A stretch of DNA of 64,000 nt from Opitutales bacterium. GTDB taxonomy: Bacteria; Verrucomicrobiota; Verrucomicrobiia; Opitutales; PNEW01. Numbering within the stretch: position 1 is the first letter of the stretch; every line of letters starts with the position of its first letter. The notes beneath the pieces were generated by a model that searched no databases, was not told the origin of the DNA, and saw nothing but the letters and a program-made list of their open reading frames with translations. Below are positions 33,408 to 43,828 of this stretch, piece after piece. Both the position numbers and the translations under genes were made by a program. Location of the stretch: positions 640,001 to 704,000 of the forward strand of contig CBDANS010000006.1 in the NCBI GenBank assembly GCA_965197745.1, written 5' to 3'.

Positions 33408-33532
33408 TATACTTCCTTTCTACTGATAGTAGCGTTCTAATAATTGATAAACTTCAGACACTTATCAGAGAGTTCTTCAAAAGGGGATATCGCTTCCACG
33501 TCTATTGTAACTAACCCCAGCACTTGAAGTTT

Positions 33533-34219
33533 TCAAAAATCAACGAAGTACCGGTAGTCTCGTTTGTCGGTATCTTTGGCTGTGCGCAGAACAACCCAAT
33601 GGTGCTTATCGTTCAGCGTATCCATGTCCTCGATCGTCCAGTCTAGATTGGTCACGAAGAAGGACACTGCCCGTTTGATCCCCGGCAAGTTGTAGTCGTC
33701 CAGAATAATTATTCCTCCCTTGCGCACTAGACGCCCGAGGTAGAATAAGTCCAGGAAGACTGCGTCGAAGCGATGGTTGCCATCAATAAACCCTAGGTCA
33801 TAACTTCGATCTTCATTCAGAAACTGAGGAAGTGCAATTTGAGATTCTTGAGCATGGTATTCAACAAGCTGCTTGACTCCTGCTTCCTCAAGGTTCTGCA
33901 GTCCACAGTTGGCAAATCGCCCTGCTTGATTAGGGTCTAGCACAACATGCCGAGCAGTTTGATCTCCAATCATGAGTAAACCCATACAGATAAAAAGTGC
34001 AGAGATTCCATAGCCCAGACCAATCTCGATCGTCTGCGTTGAACCTTCTCGGGATACCCATTTCAGCAACGCTTCACCTTCCCCTGTGCTTACACCTACG
34101 GGGAAGACCCTATGCGTTGTGCCATTCGAATTCGCTACAACGGATCCATCCTTGGATAATCTTTCAATTACTTTACGTACCTGTTGAATCGCTATATCTT
34201 TATTCATTGTATCCTCCAT
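33533..34219 (-). CDS. Class I SAM-dependent methyltransferase (Methyltransf_24-like)
   Basis: IEIGLGYGIS, FIDGNH, GGIIILDD. Confidence 0.88.
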   Translation of the reverse strand: MEDTMNKDIAIQQVRKVIERLSKDGSVVANSNGTTHRVFPVGVSTGEGEALLKWVSREGSTQTIEIGLGYGISALFICMGLLMIGDQTARHVVLDPNQAGRFANCGLQNLEEAGVKQLVEYHAQESQIALPQFLNEDRSYDLGFIDGNHRFDAVFLDLFYLGRLVRKGGIIILDDYNLPGIKRAVSFFVTNLDWTIEDMDTLNDKHHWVVLRTAKDTDKRDYRYFVDF

Positions 34220-34233
34220 GCGATTGTCATGTA

Positions 34234-35489
34234 TTAATCCGAATACCCATGATAGTTTGCGATCGCCAAACCGGCTGCAATGCCGGTGAAGGCATCGAAC
34301 TCAATCAGCTTTCGGGGGAATATGCTCTGCAACAGGTCTTGAACGGGTGGTAGCTTCGAAGAGCCACCGGTACAGATCACTGAGTCGATTCCATTAACGT
34401 CGCACCCTGACGATGAAAGCAGTTTCTCAATCGCATCATAAATTTTCGACAACATCTCTTCCATATATTGGTGCAACGCCTTTCGGGTGATCGTCACTCG
34501 GAGCTCGAGCTCGGGTACCCAGATTACGGATTCATGATCCTTGGTGAGTCCAATCTTGGCCTCCTCAATTGCCTGAAAGACCCTGTAGGATAGATTCAGA
34601 GAGATCAATCGTAGCAATCGAACTAGTTTCTGCTTCGTCTTCCCTTTTTCACGCATACCATGGGTGATCAATTCACGGAGTTCACTCCGGTTGAGTTCGT
34701 GTGTATGCTGCCAGATGAGCAGCCGTTCGGCAAATTCCCCGAATCGAAACGTTACCTTTTTTTCATCGCCGATGCTTTTGCTCGTAATTAACGCTCGCTC
34801 GCCCAGTTCCGGGAATACGGCTCTCCGATAAATCAGCTTATCAATATCATCCCCGCCCAATTCGAGTCCCAGTGTGCCCAGAATCTTGAATGCCTTCGTG
34901 GTCGTCCTCAAAATGCAAAGGTCAAGCGTACCCCCGCCAAAGTCGAACGTCAGGTAGGTTCTGTCGGGGCGCGATTCGGCCCGATGCAGGAAGCTCAAAG
35001 ATGCAGCGACCGGCTCTGGATAAAAGGAAGCATTCGAGAAACCGGCAAAAGCACACGCAGGGACCGATCGAATACATTGATGTCGGTCAGCGAAGCATCC
35101 CCAAGCCAGGTCTTGATACTTCGAAAAAGGCGGCTCGGGAGGTGTGTATCGGTAAATGCGTGCACCTTAATCCAGTCCTCAAAGTAACCAGCCATTGTAC
35201 CTATGCTCAAAAGGAATTCGCCCGCCTCTTCCTTCTCTAATCGGATCCTCCTTCCCCTGTTGTCATCCAAGTAGGATTCTATCGCATGATGTCCAATACG
35301 GGGGAAAAAGTCGCGGTTTAGATACAGCGCACTCGGCAGTACTGCGGGAACGGCAGCGGCGGCGTCCAGATTGAGCATCCGGAGATTTTTCCCGTCGAAT
35401 ATGGCAACCGATGAATTTGTCGTACCGAAATCAACGCCCACCCCGATTCTGTTCGGACTGCGGTGAAGATAGGAGGGGCCTATGGGCAT
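34234..35489 (-). pseudogene. Hsp70-like (YegD-type) protein with internal deletion and frameshift near 35025
   Basis: GVDFGTTNS, FDFGGGTLD, TGGSS. FYPEPVAASL lies in the downstream frame directly after SRML; the intervening segment is missing. Confidence 0.8.
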
Positions 35490-35839
35490 GCGGGCAAAAG
35501 GTTTGGTGGCGTCAACTTTCCTGAAAACTGAGGAATTAGACTATACAACCTTTTGTCCGATATTATTCAAGCACAAATTTACATAAATACTTTATAGTAA
35601 ACCTCTTATAAATAAATACTAACAGCGAAAAACAATACTGTCAAGTTCTGATTCGTTCCTCTTCGTCTAATGCACTTCGAGTTAGAAGGGGTCAGGGCTT
35701 GTGGGTTTTTGAGAGGGTTGAGCGCAGCAAAATTCCCGTCCGGCTAAATGCCATTGTTATCTAAATTCTACACTTTCACGGACTATATAATATTTCTTGA
35801 AAGCCAATTGTATGCATACTCTCTTTCTTGATCCGTATG

Positions 35840-36655
35840 TTAGGTCGCAATTGAACTGCCCACAACTTCTGGACGATATGCAACCCAAAACTTAATCCAG
35901 GGTGGTATTACTGTGACGAGATGATCCCAGCTGCCTGGCTCAGCATCAAGATTATATTCCCCGAGTCCAAATTCCTTCACCTTTACTAAAACGAATCCAC
36001 AGCTAAGTAACCCATTGATAAGTGTGCTTAGGGTTTGACGGTATTCACGCGGACCTGGAATTTCTGGCTTATCCACGCCTGCCTGGAATACCCAGTCTTC
36101 GTCTCTATACGTAATCTCAGAACCATCCTGATAATATTGGCGGAGAGTATATCCATCGCCGTTCCAATCCCCTGTTCCTATACCAAGCGCGAATGGATTG
36201 GCTGCCATAAAATGGTATATTCCATCCTTTCGAAGAACCCGTGCGACTTCTCGAAAGACATCATACGAGGATGGAACGAAGTTTAGCGAGTAAGGATGCC
36301 ATACGAGGTCAAATGAATCGTCTTCGAACGTTGACAGGTCACGCATATCGCCCTGAACAGTTTTAATTTCAACATCGTAGTGTCGGGCTACTGCCTGGTC
36401 CTTTTCAAGCTGACCGTCAGATATATCAAGCACGGTCACCTTCGCTCCCAAGACAGAAAAAGCAGCCGACTGTTGGCCACCGCCACCACCCAGACAGAGG
36501 ACACTCTTTCTTGTGACGTCGCCGACAACATCATCCAGGTTTAGTTTTTCTCTAGCTGAACTATCGTCGAGATCGAGCCACGGCCTGGTAAACAAAGCGC
36601 CTGCCCTAACAAGAGCCTCCCACCGCTCTTTGTTGTATTTGTAAACGTTATCCAT
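35840..36655 (-). CDS. Class I SAM-dependent methyltransferase
   Basis: VLCLGGGGGQQS, VLDIS, QGDMRDL, FDLV. Confidence 0.9.
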   Translation of the reverse strand: MDNVYKYNKERWEALVRAGALFTRPWLDLDDSSAREKLNLDDVVGDVTRKSVLCLGGGGGQQSAAFSVLGAKVTVLDISDGQLEKDQAVARHYDVEIKTVQGDMRDLSTFEDDSFDLVWHPYSLNFVPSSYDVFREVARVLRKDGIYHFMAANPFALGIGTGDWNGDGYTLRQYYQDGSEITYRDEDWVFQAGVDKPEIPGPREYRQTLSTLINGLLSCGFVLVKVKEFGLGEYNLDAEPGSWDHLVTVIPPWIKFWVAYRPEVVGSSIAT

Positions 36656-36845
36656 TCGGGATTGTCTTAATGCGACCTAACATATTGTAGGCAGCGTCTA
36701 CGCATCTGCCGATTGGGTATCATATTCTTTGAAGCGATAGGAACAAGAGAATTTGTAAACTCCTATGCTGAGCTCACTAATCACTGTGGCTTGAGAATGC
36801 TAAGGAGCAGCATCTATCAGACATTCATCAAAGTTTATTCATCAT

Positions 36846-36888
36846 ATACCTTGACATTCGACATATAATATGTCGAATGTCAAGGTAT
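36846..36888 (+). promoter_or_regulatory. Perfect 20-bp inverted repeat overlapping a TTGACA and the PadR start codon; probable PadR operator
   Basis: ATACCTTGACATTCGACATA-TAA-TATGTCGAATGTCAAGGTAT. Confidence 0.7.
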
Positions 36889-37219
36889 GCCAAAAGATAA
36901 AATGGATTTACTACAAGGTACCCTCGATATGTTGATATTGAGGATTCTCGCTTCTGGTAGCCGTCATGGCTATGACATTGCTAAACGGATACAGATTATC
37001 TCTGGTGAAGTGTTACATGTTGGGCAGGGTTCTCTCTATCCCGCATTACATCGCCTAGAAAAGCGTGGATTCATTCGCGCTATATGGAGAGATTCGGAAA
37101 CAGGTCGCAGGGCAAAGTTTTACTCGCTGACAACTGACGGGAAGAGAAAAATCACCGAACAGGAAGCTTACTGGAATGATTTCAGTAACGCCGTAAATTT
37201 AATTCTTAAAAAGGGTTAG
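36887..37219 (+). CDS. PadR-family transcriptional regulator
   Basis: LLQGTLDMLIL, HGYDI, GSLYPALHRLE. Confidence 0.95.
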   Translation: MPKDKMDLLQGTLDMLILRILASGSRHGYDIAKRIQIISGEVLHVGQGSLYPALHRLEKRGFIRAIWRDSETGRRAKFYSLTTDGKRKITEQEAYWNDFSNAVNLILKKG

Positions 37220-37230
37220 TCCTACGCTAA

Positions 37231-39942
37231 ATGAATTTATTTAGACAGCTTCTTTTTTCCCTACGTGCACTCTTTCGCAGTAATGTGAAGCATGAAGAAC
37301 TGGATGATGAAGTTCAATTTCATCTGGAAATGTTAATTGAAGACTTTAAACGCGAGGGTATGAGCCAGGAGGAAGCGCGCAAAGCAGCCCTGCGAAGTTT
37401 TGGAAATAGAGAGCAAATCAAAGAAGAATGTCGTGAAGCTTGGGGAGTAAGCATTTTTAATAACTTCATACGTGATGTACGATATGGCTTTCGACAATTA
37501 TGGAAAAATAAAGGTTTTAGTATAGTCGTAGTGTTTGCTTTATCGATTGGTATTGGGCTGGTAGTTACCATATTTAGTATCGTAAACGGATATATCATTA
37601 GAGGTCTACCATTCGACGAATCAGACAGGCTTTTTCATTTGAAATGGAATAACGTCAATAGCCACGTGCAAAAATCCAGGCCCGAATTATTGATAAATGT
37701 CTATGACCTTAATGATTTCCAGGAACAACAGACGACCTTTGAAGGGCTTAGTTGCTCCGACAATTCCATTATAAATATAAAGGGTGATGATTACGCGCGT
37801 CGTTATAACGGTTGTTCAATCTCAACTAATTTCCTTGATATACTACGTGCCAAACCTCTATTAGGGCGCGGGTTTTTTAAGGGTGAAGACCTGCCGGGTG
37901 CCGAGAATGTAGTGATTATCAGCTATGGAATCTGGCAGAAAGACTTTAGCGGTGATCCTGACATTATTGGTCGATCTATGCTTTTAAACAGTGTACCACA
38001 CGCCATCGTAGGCGTGATGCCTCATGATTTTAATTTTCCCCGGAGGGCAGAACTTTGGTTTCCTTATCGTAAAAACTTAACTTTAGTAGAAAGAAAAGAT
38101 AGTGATAAGTTGACTGTTTTTGGTAGGTTGAAAGATGGCGTCACCGTTGACGAAGCATTAACAGAACTTAATGGAATAGCCAGTCGCTTAGAACAGGAAT
38201 ATCCTGATAGCAATAAGGGGTATAACTCCATCGAGATTAAACCTTATATTAAGGAACTAATTGGCGGAGGTAGAATGGCTACAAGATTAATAACCATGCT
38301 CGTTCTAGCATTTATGGTGCTGCTAATTGCCTACTCTAATGTAGCGAATTTGCTTTATGCCAGATCTATCTTACGCAGCAAGGAACTCGCTCTACAAAGT
38401 GCAATAGGTGCAACTAGAAAAAGAATTATCACTCAAATCCTAACCGAGAGTCTGTTAATAGCAATAATCGGTGCAGTTTGTGGCTTTCTTATAGCGAATA
38501 GGGCTTTAGATTTTTTATGGAAATATTATTTGGTCATGATTCAGGGACTAGAATGCCCATCATGGATTAATTTTGAAATGGATGGCGCCGTATTTTTCTT
38601 TGTCATCGGTCTAACTGTTCTGACCGTCTTTATCTCGGGAATGGTGCCGGCGCTTCAGGTATCTAAAACTGATGTAAATCAATTACTAAAGGAAAATGCC
38701 CGCACTTCCTCCAGTTTAAGTTCGGGTAGTTTTAATAAGTTTTTAGTCATTGTACAAATTGGCATATCCTGTGGGCTCCTAATAGGTTCAGGATTGCTTG
38801 TAAAATCATTATTAAAACAAACCGATATCGATTTACCCTATAATCCTAAAAACATATTCAAGGCGAGCACTTCATTATTCGACACCGACTATCCTAATGA
38901 TTTAGATAAAATCACATTTTTAAAAACCTTTCAAAATAATTTTAAAGCTATTCCAGGAATTGAGGCTGTCGCATTTACTACATCCCTTTTTGAACCGATG
39001 ACTTTGATCAGGTTTATTGCGATTGATGGAGTGAGTTATGCAACAGAGGATGTAACAAAGGATGATTACCCGCGTGTTCATTGTGCAGGTATTTCCAGCG
39101 ATTACTTCGATATCTTGGGAGTTTCTGTATTAGAAGGAAGGTCGTTTAATGATACCGACACTGCTGAATCGCAACAGGTAGCTATAGTTAACACTCTATT
39201 TGCCAATAAATATTGGCCGGATCAAAGTCCGATCGGTAAACGGTTTAAAGTAAAGCGACCTGTCGAGAAACCTTGGTTAACCGTTGTCGGTGTTGCTCCA
39301 GATTTAACAATGGAAGGTCTAAATACTGATACTAGCGATGGCGCAGGATTTTATGTCCCTATGGCTCAGGAGACCACTTTTGTTTTTAATATAGGCGCAC
39401 GCCATATGACTCTCCTTCTAAGAGGAATAGGTGGCGATCCTATGAATTGGTTACCAACTGTACGTGAAGAGCTGATAAAATTAAATCCTAATCAACCTCT
39501 TTATAAAATTAAAACCATTCAAGATTCTATCGATGATAATTTCCGATGGTTAAAATTTAACATAGGGCTTTTCATTACATTTGGTATCGCAGCATTTCTC
39601 CTCGCTGTCATTGGTGTATACGGAGTCATGACGTTTTCAGTAAATCAGCGCACTCATGAAATAGGAATCCGCAAAGCATTGGGTGCAGAACCTCAAAAAA
39701 TAATTGCGATGATAATTAAGCAAAGTAGTGCTCAAATAAGCATTGGAATATTTATTGGATTGCTATTCGCACTAGCACTATCCCAAGTATTAAACAGTGC
39801 ATTTATGGATTTTTCACCCAATGACATTACGGTCTATATAACTGTAATTGCATTAATTGCATTTGCCGGATTGTTTTCAGCCTGGTTACCAGCGCGAGTA
39901 GCTGCCCGTGTTGATCCAATAGTGGCAATTCGTTACGAGTAA
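37231..39942 (+). CDS. Duplicated orphan ABC permease (ADOP / MacB-FtsX type)
   Basis: ELDDEVQFHLEM prefix domain; two MacB-PCD plus FtsX halves; RTHEIGIRKALGA; DPIVAIRYE. Confidence 0.92.
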   Translation: MNLFRQLLFSLRALFRSNVKHEELDDEVQFHLEMLIEDFKREGMSQEEARKAALRSFGNREQIKEECREAWGVSIFNNFIRDVRYGFRQLWKNKGFSIVVVFALSIGIGLVVTIFSIVNGYIIRGLPFDESDRLFHLKWNNVNSHVQKSRPELLINVYDLNDFQEQQTTFEGLSCSDNSIINIKGDDYARRYNGCSISTNFLDILRAKPLLGRGFFKGEDLPGAENVVIISYGIWQKDFSGDPDIIGRSMLLNSVPHAIVGVMPHDFNFPRRAELWFPYRKNLTLVERKDSDKLTVFGRLKDGVTVDEALTELNGIASRLEQEYPDSNKGYNSIEIKPYIKELIGGGRMATRLITMLVLAFMVLLIAYSNVANLLYARSILRSKELALQSAIGATRKRIITQILTESLLIAIIGAVCGFLIANRALDFLWKYYLVMIQGLECPSWINFEMDGAVFFFVIGLTVLTVFISGMVPALQVSKTDVNQLLKENARTSSSLSSGSFNKFLVIVQIGISCGLLIGSGLLVKSLLKQTDIDLPYNPKNIFKASTSLFDTDYPNDLDKITFLKTFQNNFKAIPGIEAVAFTTSLFEPMTLIRFIAIDGVSYATEDVTKDDYPRVHCAGISSDYFDILGVSVLEGRSFNDTDTAESQQVAIVNTLFANKYWPDQSPIGKRFKVKRPVEKPWLTVVGVAPDLTMEGLNTDTSDGAGFYVPMAQETTFVFNIGARHMTLLLRGIGGDPMNWLPTVREELIKLNPNQPLYKIKTIQDSIDDNFRWLKFNIGLFITFGIAAFLLAVIGVYGVMTFSVNQRTHEIGIRKALGAEPQKIIAMIIKQSSAQISIGIFIGLLFALALSQVLNSAFMDFSPNDITVYITVIALIAFAGLFSAWLPARVAARVDPIVAIRYE

Positions 39943-40034
39943 CTTATTTTTTGGTTATTTTACTATGTCAATGGATGTTCAACTGCCAGATATTCCTAAA
40001 AAGAAGCACAGGTAACATATGAATTAATTATAAA

Positions 40035-41756
40035 ATGAATATTAAAAAAGAATTATTGGTCATATGGGCATTAGTTATATCTTCTGCATTGCTCAGAGCG
40101 GCACCACAAGATCAACAGGTATTTACCGATTGGGAGGATGTTCCTCTTAATGTAGAATTTCCCAATCCGGAGGATATTCCAGAAGATATTGTAATAGGCA
40201 TTTCACCTAATAGTGTAGAGTTTGATGGTGGATTGGTGATTGAATCTCTTTTTTTCTTCCCCATCACTTTCTCCCAAGAGAATATATGGTATATCTTAAA
40301 TGGTCAGACGGGAACAATCACTTTTGAAACGCCAGCTTTTGAGGTGCAATTCTACGCAGCGAATTTCATTGCGGAAGATGGTTCAATCGAAGTATTTGAT
40401 ACCGATAATAATTTACTTATCAGGGTAGAGGAACTACCGTCAAACATTAACCCAGTAGAAACTCCCAACCCTCAATTCTTTAGTTTCAATTCCAATGAAT
40501 TAGGTGCACCTGGAGGTATTGGAAAGATCCTATTAAAAGATAATGCAGAGATAATCGCCGATTTTTTTACGGGATTTGTGAATAGTTTTACTGCCATCGA
40601 CGATTTTGGATTTACCCCAATCGCGAATTTTGAACCACCACCGGTAGGCACGCCTTCAATCACTATCCAACCCGTTAGTCAGGAAGTGCAGTCCGGCGCT
40701 ACAGTAAGCTTGTCCGTTGACGCCAATGGCGACGATCTCACCTACCAGTGGTATATTGGCAACAGCGGCGATACTGCCAACCCCGTCGCCGCGGCCACCG
40801 GCAGCACCTTCACCACCGGTGCGCTCACCGCGAGCACAAGCTTCTGGGTGCAGATTACGAACGCCGGTGGTAGCACTGACAGCGATACCGCGGTCATTAC
40901 CGTAGCAGCTCCTTCGGTGCCACTCGTTCTCGACGGCTCGGGTGATATAGCTGGGGAAAACATCCAGCATCCCAACGGGAACATATTTGACCAGATCCTG
41001 CTTACCGGGGAAAGCATCAAGCTCCAGGCAAAACCGGGACAGATCACCCGCGTCTCTTTCATGGACGAAACCGAGGACATTGTACAGGTAGAGTTCTCAG
41101 GGGCAGGGACCTTTACCGTAACCCTGGACCCGGCCACCTTCCTGCCCCCGGCCATACCCCCGCGCTATAACCAGGCGGTGGAGTACGTGACCGGCAAACC
41201 GAGCGTGGTGATCGATGGAGCCGACTCCAGTACCTTTTTCAGTATCTTTACCGTGGGAAGGATCAACGCGGTGAACCAGGCGCTGTTCCCCGAGGGACAG
41301 GTCTATGACGCCCAAGCGGACGTAACCGTGGTGGAAGTGATCAACTCCACGGGAATGGGAGGGATGCAGTTATCGAACACGGTGTTCAGTGGAAGCACCG
41401 GCAAGGTGGGCGTCGATGCACGCGGGGTACCAATCGGGGTACGCTTAACCGTAGGCGACATCGATGCTGATGGCGATGCAGTACCGCACCTATTGTTCGG
41501 CACAGGATCGTTCACCGTGCCGGCGAACAATACCGGGCTGCGGATTACCGGAGGCGACCTGGCGCAGACAAATGGAGCATCAATCGTGGTCGCGGAGAGC
41601 GGATCGACGATAACCGGCTTTGATGAGACCTTGATCACCCAGAATAACTTTAAGTCCGACAACACCCCACAGCCGACACAGAGCATTAATGCGACGTTTG
41701 TGAATGAGGATGGTGAGGAAATCTCTGTCATTGTGGATGAGGTGACGATTGAGTGA
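40035..41756 (+). CDS. Secreted protein: one N-terminal domain, Ig-like domain and conserved C-terminal module
   Basis: Signal peptide; paralog of 12038..14269. Confidence 0.9.
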   Translation: MNIKKELLVIWALVISSALLRAAPQDQQVFTDWEDVPLNVEFPNPEDIPEDIVIGISPNSVEFDGGLVIESLFFFPITFSQENIWYILNGQTGTITFETPAFEVQFYAANFIAEDGSIEVFDTDNNLLIRVEELPSNINPVETPNPQFFSFNSNELGAPGGIGKILLKDNAEIIADFFTGFVNSFTAIDDFGFTPIANFEPPPVGTPSITIQPVSQEVQSGATVSLSVDANGDDLTYQWYIGNSGDTANPVAAATGSTFTTGALTASTSFWVQITNAGGSTDSDTAVITVAAPSVPLVLDGSGDIAGENIQHPNGNIFDQILLTGESIKLQAKPGQITRVSFMDETEDIVQVEFSGAGTFTVTLDPATFLPPAIPPRYNQAVEYVTGKPSVVIDGADSSTFFSIFTVGRINAVNQALFPEGQVYDAQADVTVVEVINSTGMGGMQLSNTVFSGSTGKVGVDARGVPIGVRLTVGDIDADGDAVPHLLFGTGSFTVPANNTGLRITGGDLAQTNGASIVVAESGSTITGFDETLITQNNFKSDNTPQPTQSINATFVNEDGEEISVIVDEVTIE

Positions 41757-41864
41757 ACAACCCTTCAAGGGGTAATCTCTAAGCATACCTTAGCTAATCA
41801 AAACGCTGTCAATGCTCACTAAAGCTTGTGCATGCCAAGATGTAGCATTAACTGGCGATGTCCT

Positions 41865-43130
41865 TCAGCCTTGTTTTCGTACGAAGTCTAGAATCTCTTT
41901 TCGAATCGAGTCAGGATCCTTCCGAGTCATCAATAAGATAATATTACCGTGATCACGGTTCTTGGCGTCCATAAATCGAATTGTGCTCTTTTCTGCATTT
42001 TTCGATGCCTCTTCAAAATGTTGTAGGTAATTCCGAAAACCAATTTGATGTCCATCTCCCGATCCAGTTCCAGTCATTACGAGGAAAGATACTTCATTAC
42101 CTGATAAATAGTTCGTTGGAGAAGCATCACCCCACTGTTCTTCAGTGGTTTCAAATACGGAGTGAATATGAGCATCTGCTTGTTCACGACCATTATATTC
42201 GATTAACAATCGGTGATATCCAACGATATCATAAGCACCTTCAATGGGAATAACACCTTTGATACTATTTAGTGAAATATTATACTCAGCAAGATACTTT
42301 GGGTCTGTCGCCACTAGAGAAGCTAAATGAGCACCTGATGAATGCCCGCTGATGAACAATCTTTTTGGATCTCCCCCATACCGCTCAATATTTTTAAGCA
42401 GCCATGAAAACGCTCTAGCACAGTCCTTCACATGTTCGGGGTGAACAACGCCGACGTTATGTGATTCTGGATCAAGCCATGTGGCGCTGCTCAGGCGACG
42501 GCTGATTGCAGCCACTGCAATTCCCCTCTCAGCAAATCGCATGGCTAACGCAGTTTCACCTTCTCTATCACCAATCGACCACCCACCCGCATGAATCCAC
42601 ATTATGACAGGAAAGGGAACCTTGGATTCAGGAAGAAAAAGATTTAGTTTATGTTTTTCGGGATGTGCATCTTCTCCATCGTAATAAGCAATATCTTTTA
42701 CAATTTTGACTTCATTCAATCCTGGTGAAGTATCTGGTTTCTCGGATTCTATAAATGGGTTCCTACTTAAAATTACTTCAAAAGAATGCAGCTTTCCATT
42801 TCTGAGTGCTAACAAGTCTACAGTCGTGCCCGCACCAGTTTCTATAATCTTCGTAGTTAAATCCTTTGGATCTTTTATTTCACTACCATTAACGGCCATG
42901 ATAAAATCATTTATCTGTATAGCTGCTTTCTCAGCTGGAGATTCGGGCATGATCCGTTCAACTTTGGCAGCTGTATGGAATCCCACTGACGTAAGCTTTT
43001 CACGCTCATCTTCGGTTAATTCAACGACTAAACATCCCAAAAAACCGGGTTCATATGTTCGCACTTCTTGAGAAGCTGTTAAACGATAAAATGACAATAA
43101 AATTAGTATAGAGATCGATAGTTTCTTCAT
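41865..43130 (-). CDS. Secreted PDZ plus alpha/beta-hydrolase (esterase) fusion
   Basis: PDZ (SPAEKAAIQINDFIMAVNG); HAGGW oxyanion motif; GHSSG nucleophile. Confidence 0.85.
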   Translation of the reverse strand: MKKLSISILILLSFYRLTASQEVRTYEPGFLGCLVVELTEDEREKLTSVGFHTAAKVERIMPESPAEKAAIQINDFIMAVNGSEIKDPKDLTTKIIETGAGTTVDLLALRNGKLHSFEVILSRNPFIESEKPDTSPGLNEVKIVKDIAYYDGEDAHPEKHKLNLFLPESKVPFPVIMWIHAGGWSIGDREGETALAMRFAERGIAVAAISRRLSSATWLDPESHNVGVVHPEHVKDCARAFSWLLKNIERYGGDPKRLFISGHSSGAHLASLVATDPKYLAEYNISLNSIKGVIPIEGAYDIVGYHRLLIEYNGREQADAHIHSVFETTEEQWGDASPTNYLSGNEVSFLVMTGTGSGDGHQIGFRNYLQHFEEASKNAEKSTIRFMDAKNRDHGNIILLMTRKDPDSIRKEILDFVRKQG

Positions 43131-43392
43131 TTTGTTTGTCCTTCGGTTCGAATGTAAAACTTATTGGTAAGCGAATTATTTGCAAGATATACAATAGACG
43201 CCAATGATGGGTGTGGACCTCCCGAGCCCTCATGGCTTTCAAGTAAGCCTGCTGCATTTTTTTGGGAATCCGCCTCAATTGGGATAACAGAGTTTATCTG
43301 TTATCCCAACAGAATTACGATAGCAACTTAGTATAATCGGGGTCATTACACCTTGACCTTGCTGCTGATGAAGCGAAAACTTTGAGAAACCA

Positions 43393-43824
43393 ATGCGCCG
43401 AAAAAAAGTATTTGTCAGCTTTGACTATGAAAATGACCGCAATTACAAGAATCTCTTGTCAGCTTGGGATGCAAATCCAAATTTCGATTTTGTGTTTAAA
43501 GATGAGACCCCAGGCGAAATTAACACTACCAATATTGGGCGAATAAAAGCGGGGTTAACGATAAAAATTAACGAAGCCACATATACGCTATTCATCGTCG
43601 GAGCTCACGCTAACCAGTTACACCCTCACGGCGCAGCAATAGGGTTTCGTAATTGGATTAATTACGAAGCCTACCAGAGCATCCAAAGCCGAAACTTTTT
43701 GGCCGTAATCAAGCTAAAAGATAGCTATTCTATTCCTGAGCAACTTACAGCCCGGTACTCAAGGATAACGGGTTTCTCTGAAGCAAACGTAATTAGCGTA
43801 TTAAATCATTCATCCCAAAAGTGA
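43393..43824 (+). CDS. TIR-like domain protein (MTH538/DUF1863, ThsB-like)
   Basis: KVFVSFDY N-terminus; WINYE with putative catalytic Glu. Confidence 0.85.
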   Translation: MRRKKVFVSFDYENDRNYKNLLSAWDANPNFDFVFKDETPGEINTTNIGRIKAGLTIKINEATYTLFIVGAHANQLHPHGAAIGFRNWINYEAYQSIQSRNFLAVIKLKDSYSIPEQLTARYSRITGFSEANVISVLNHSSQK

Positions 43825-43828
43825 GACG

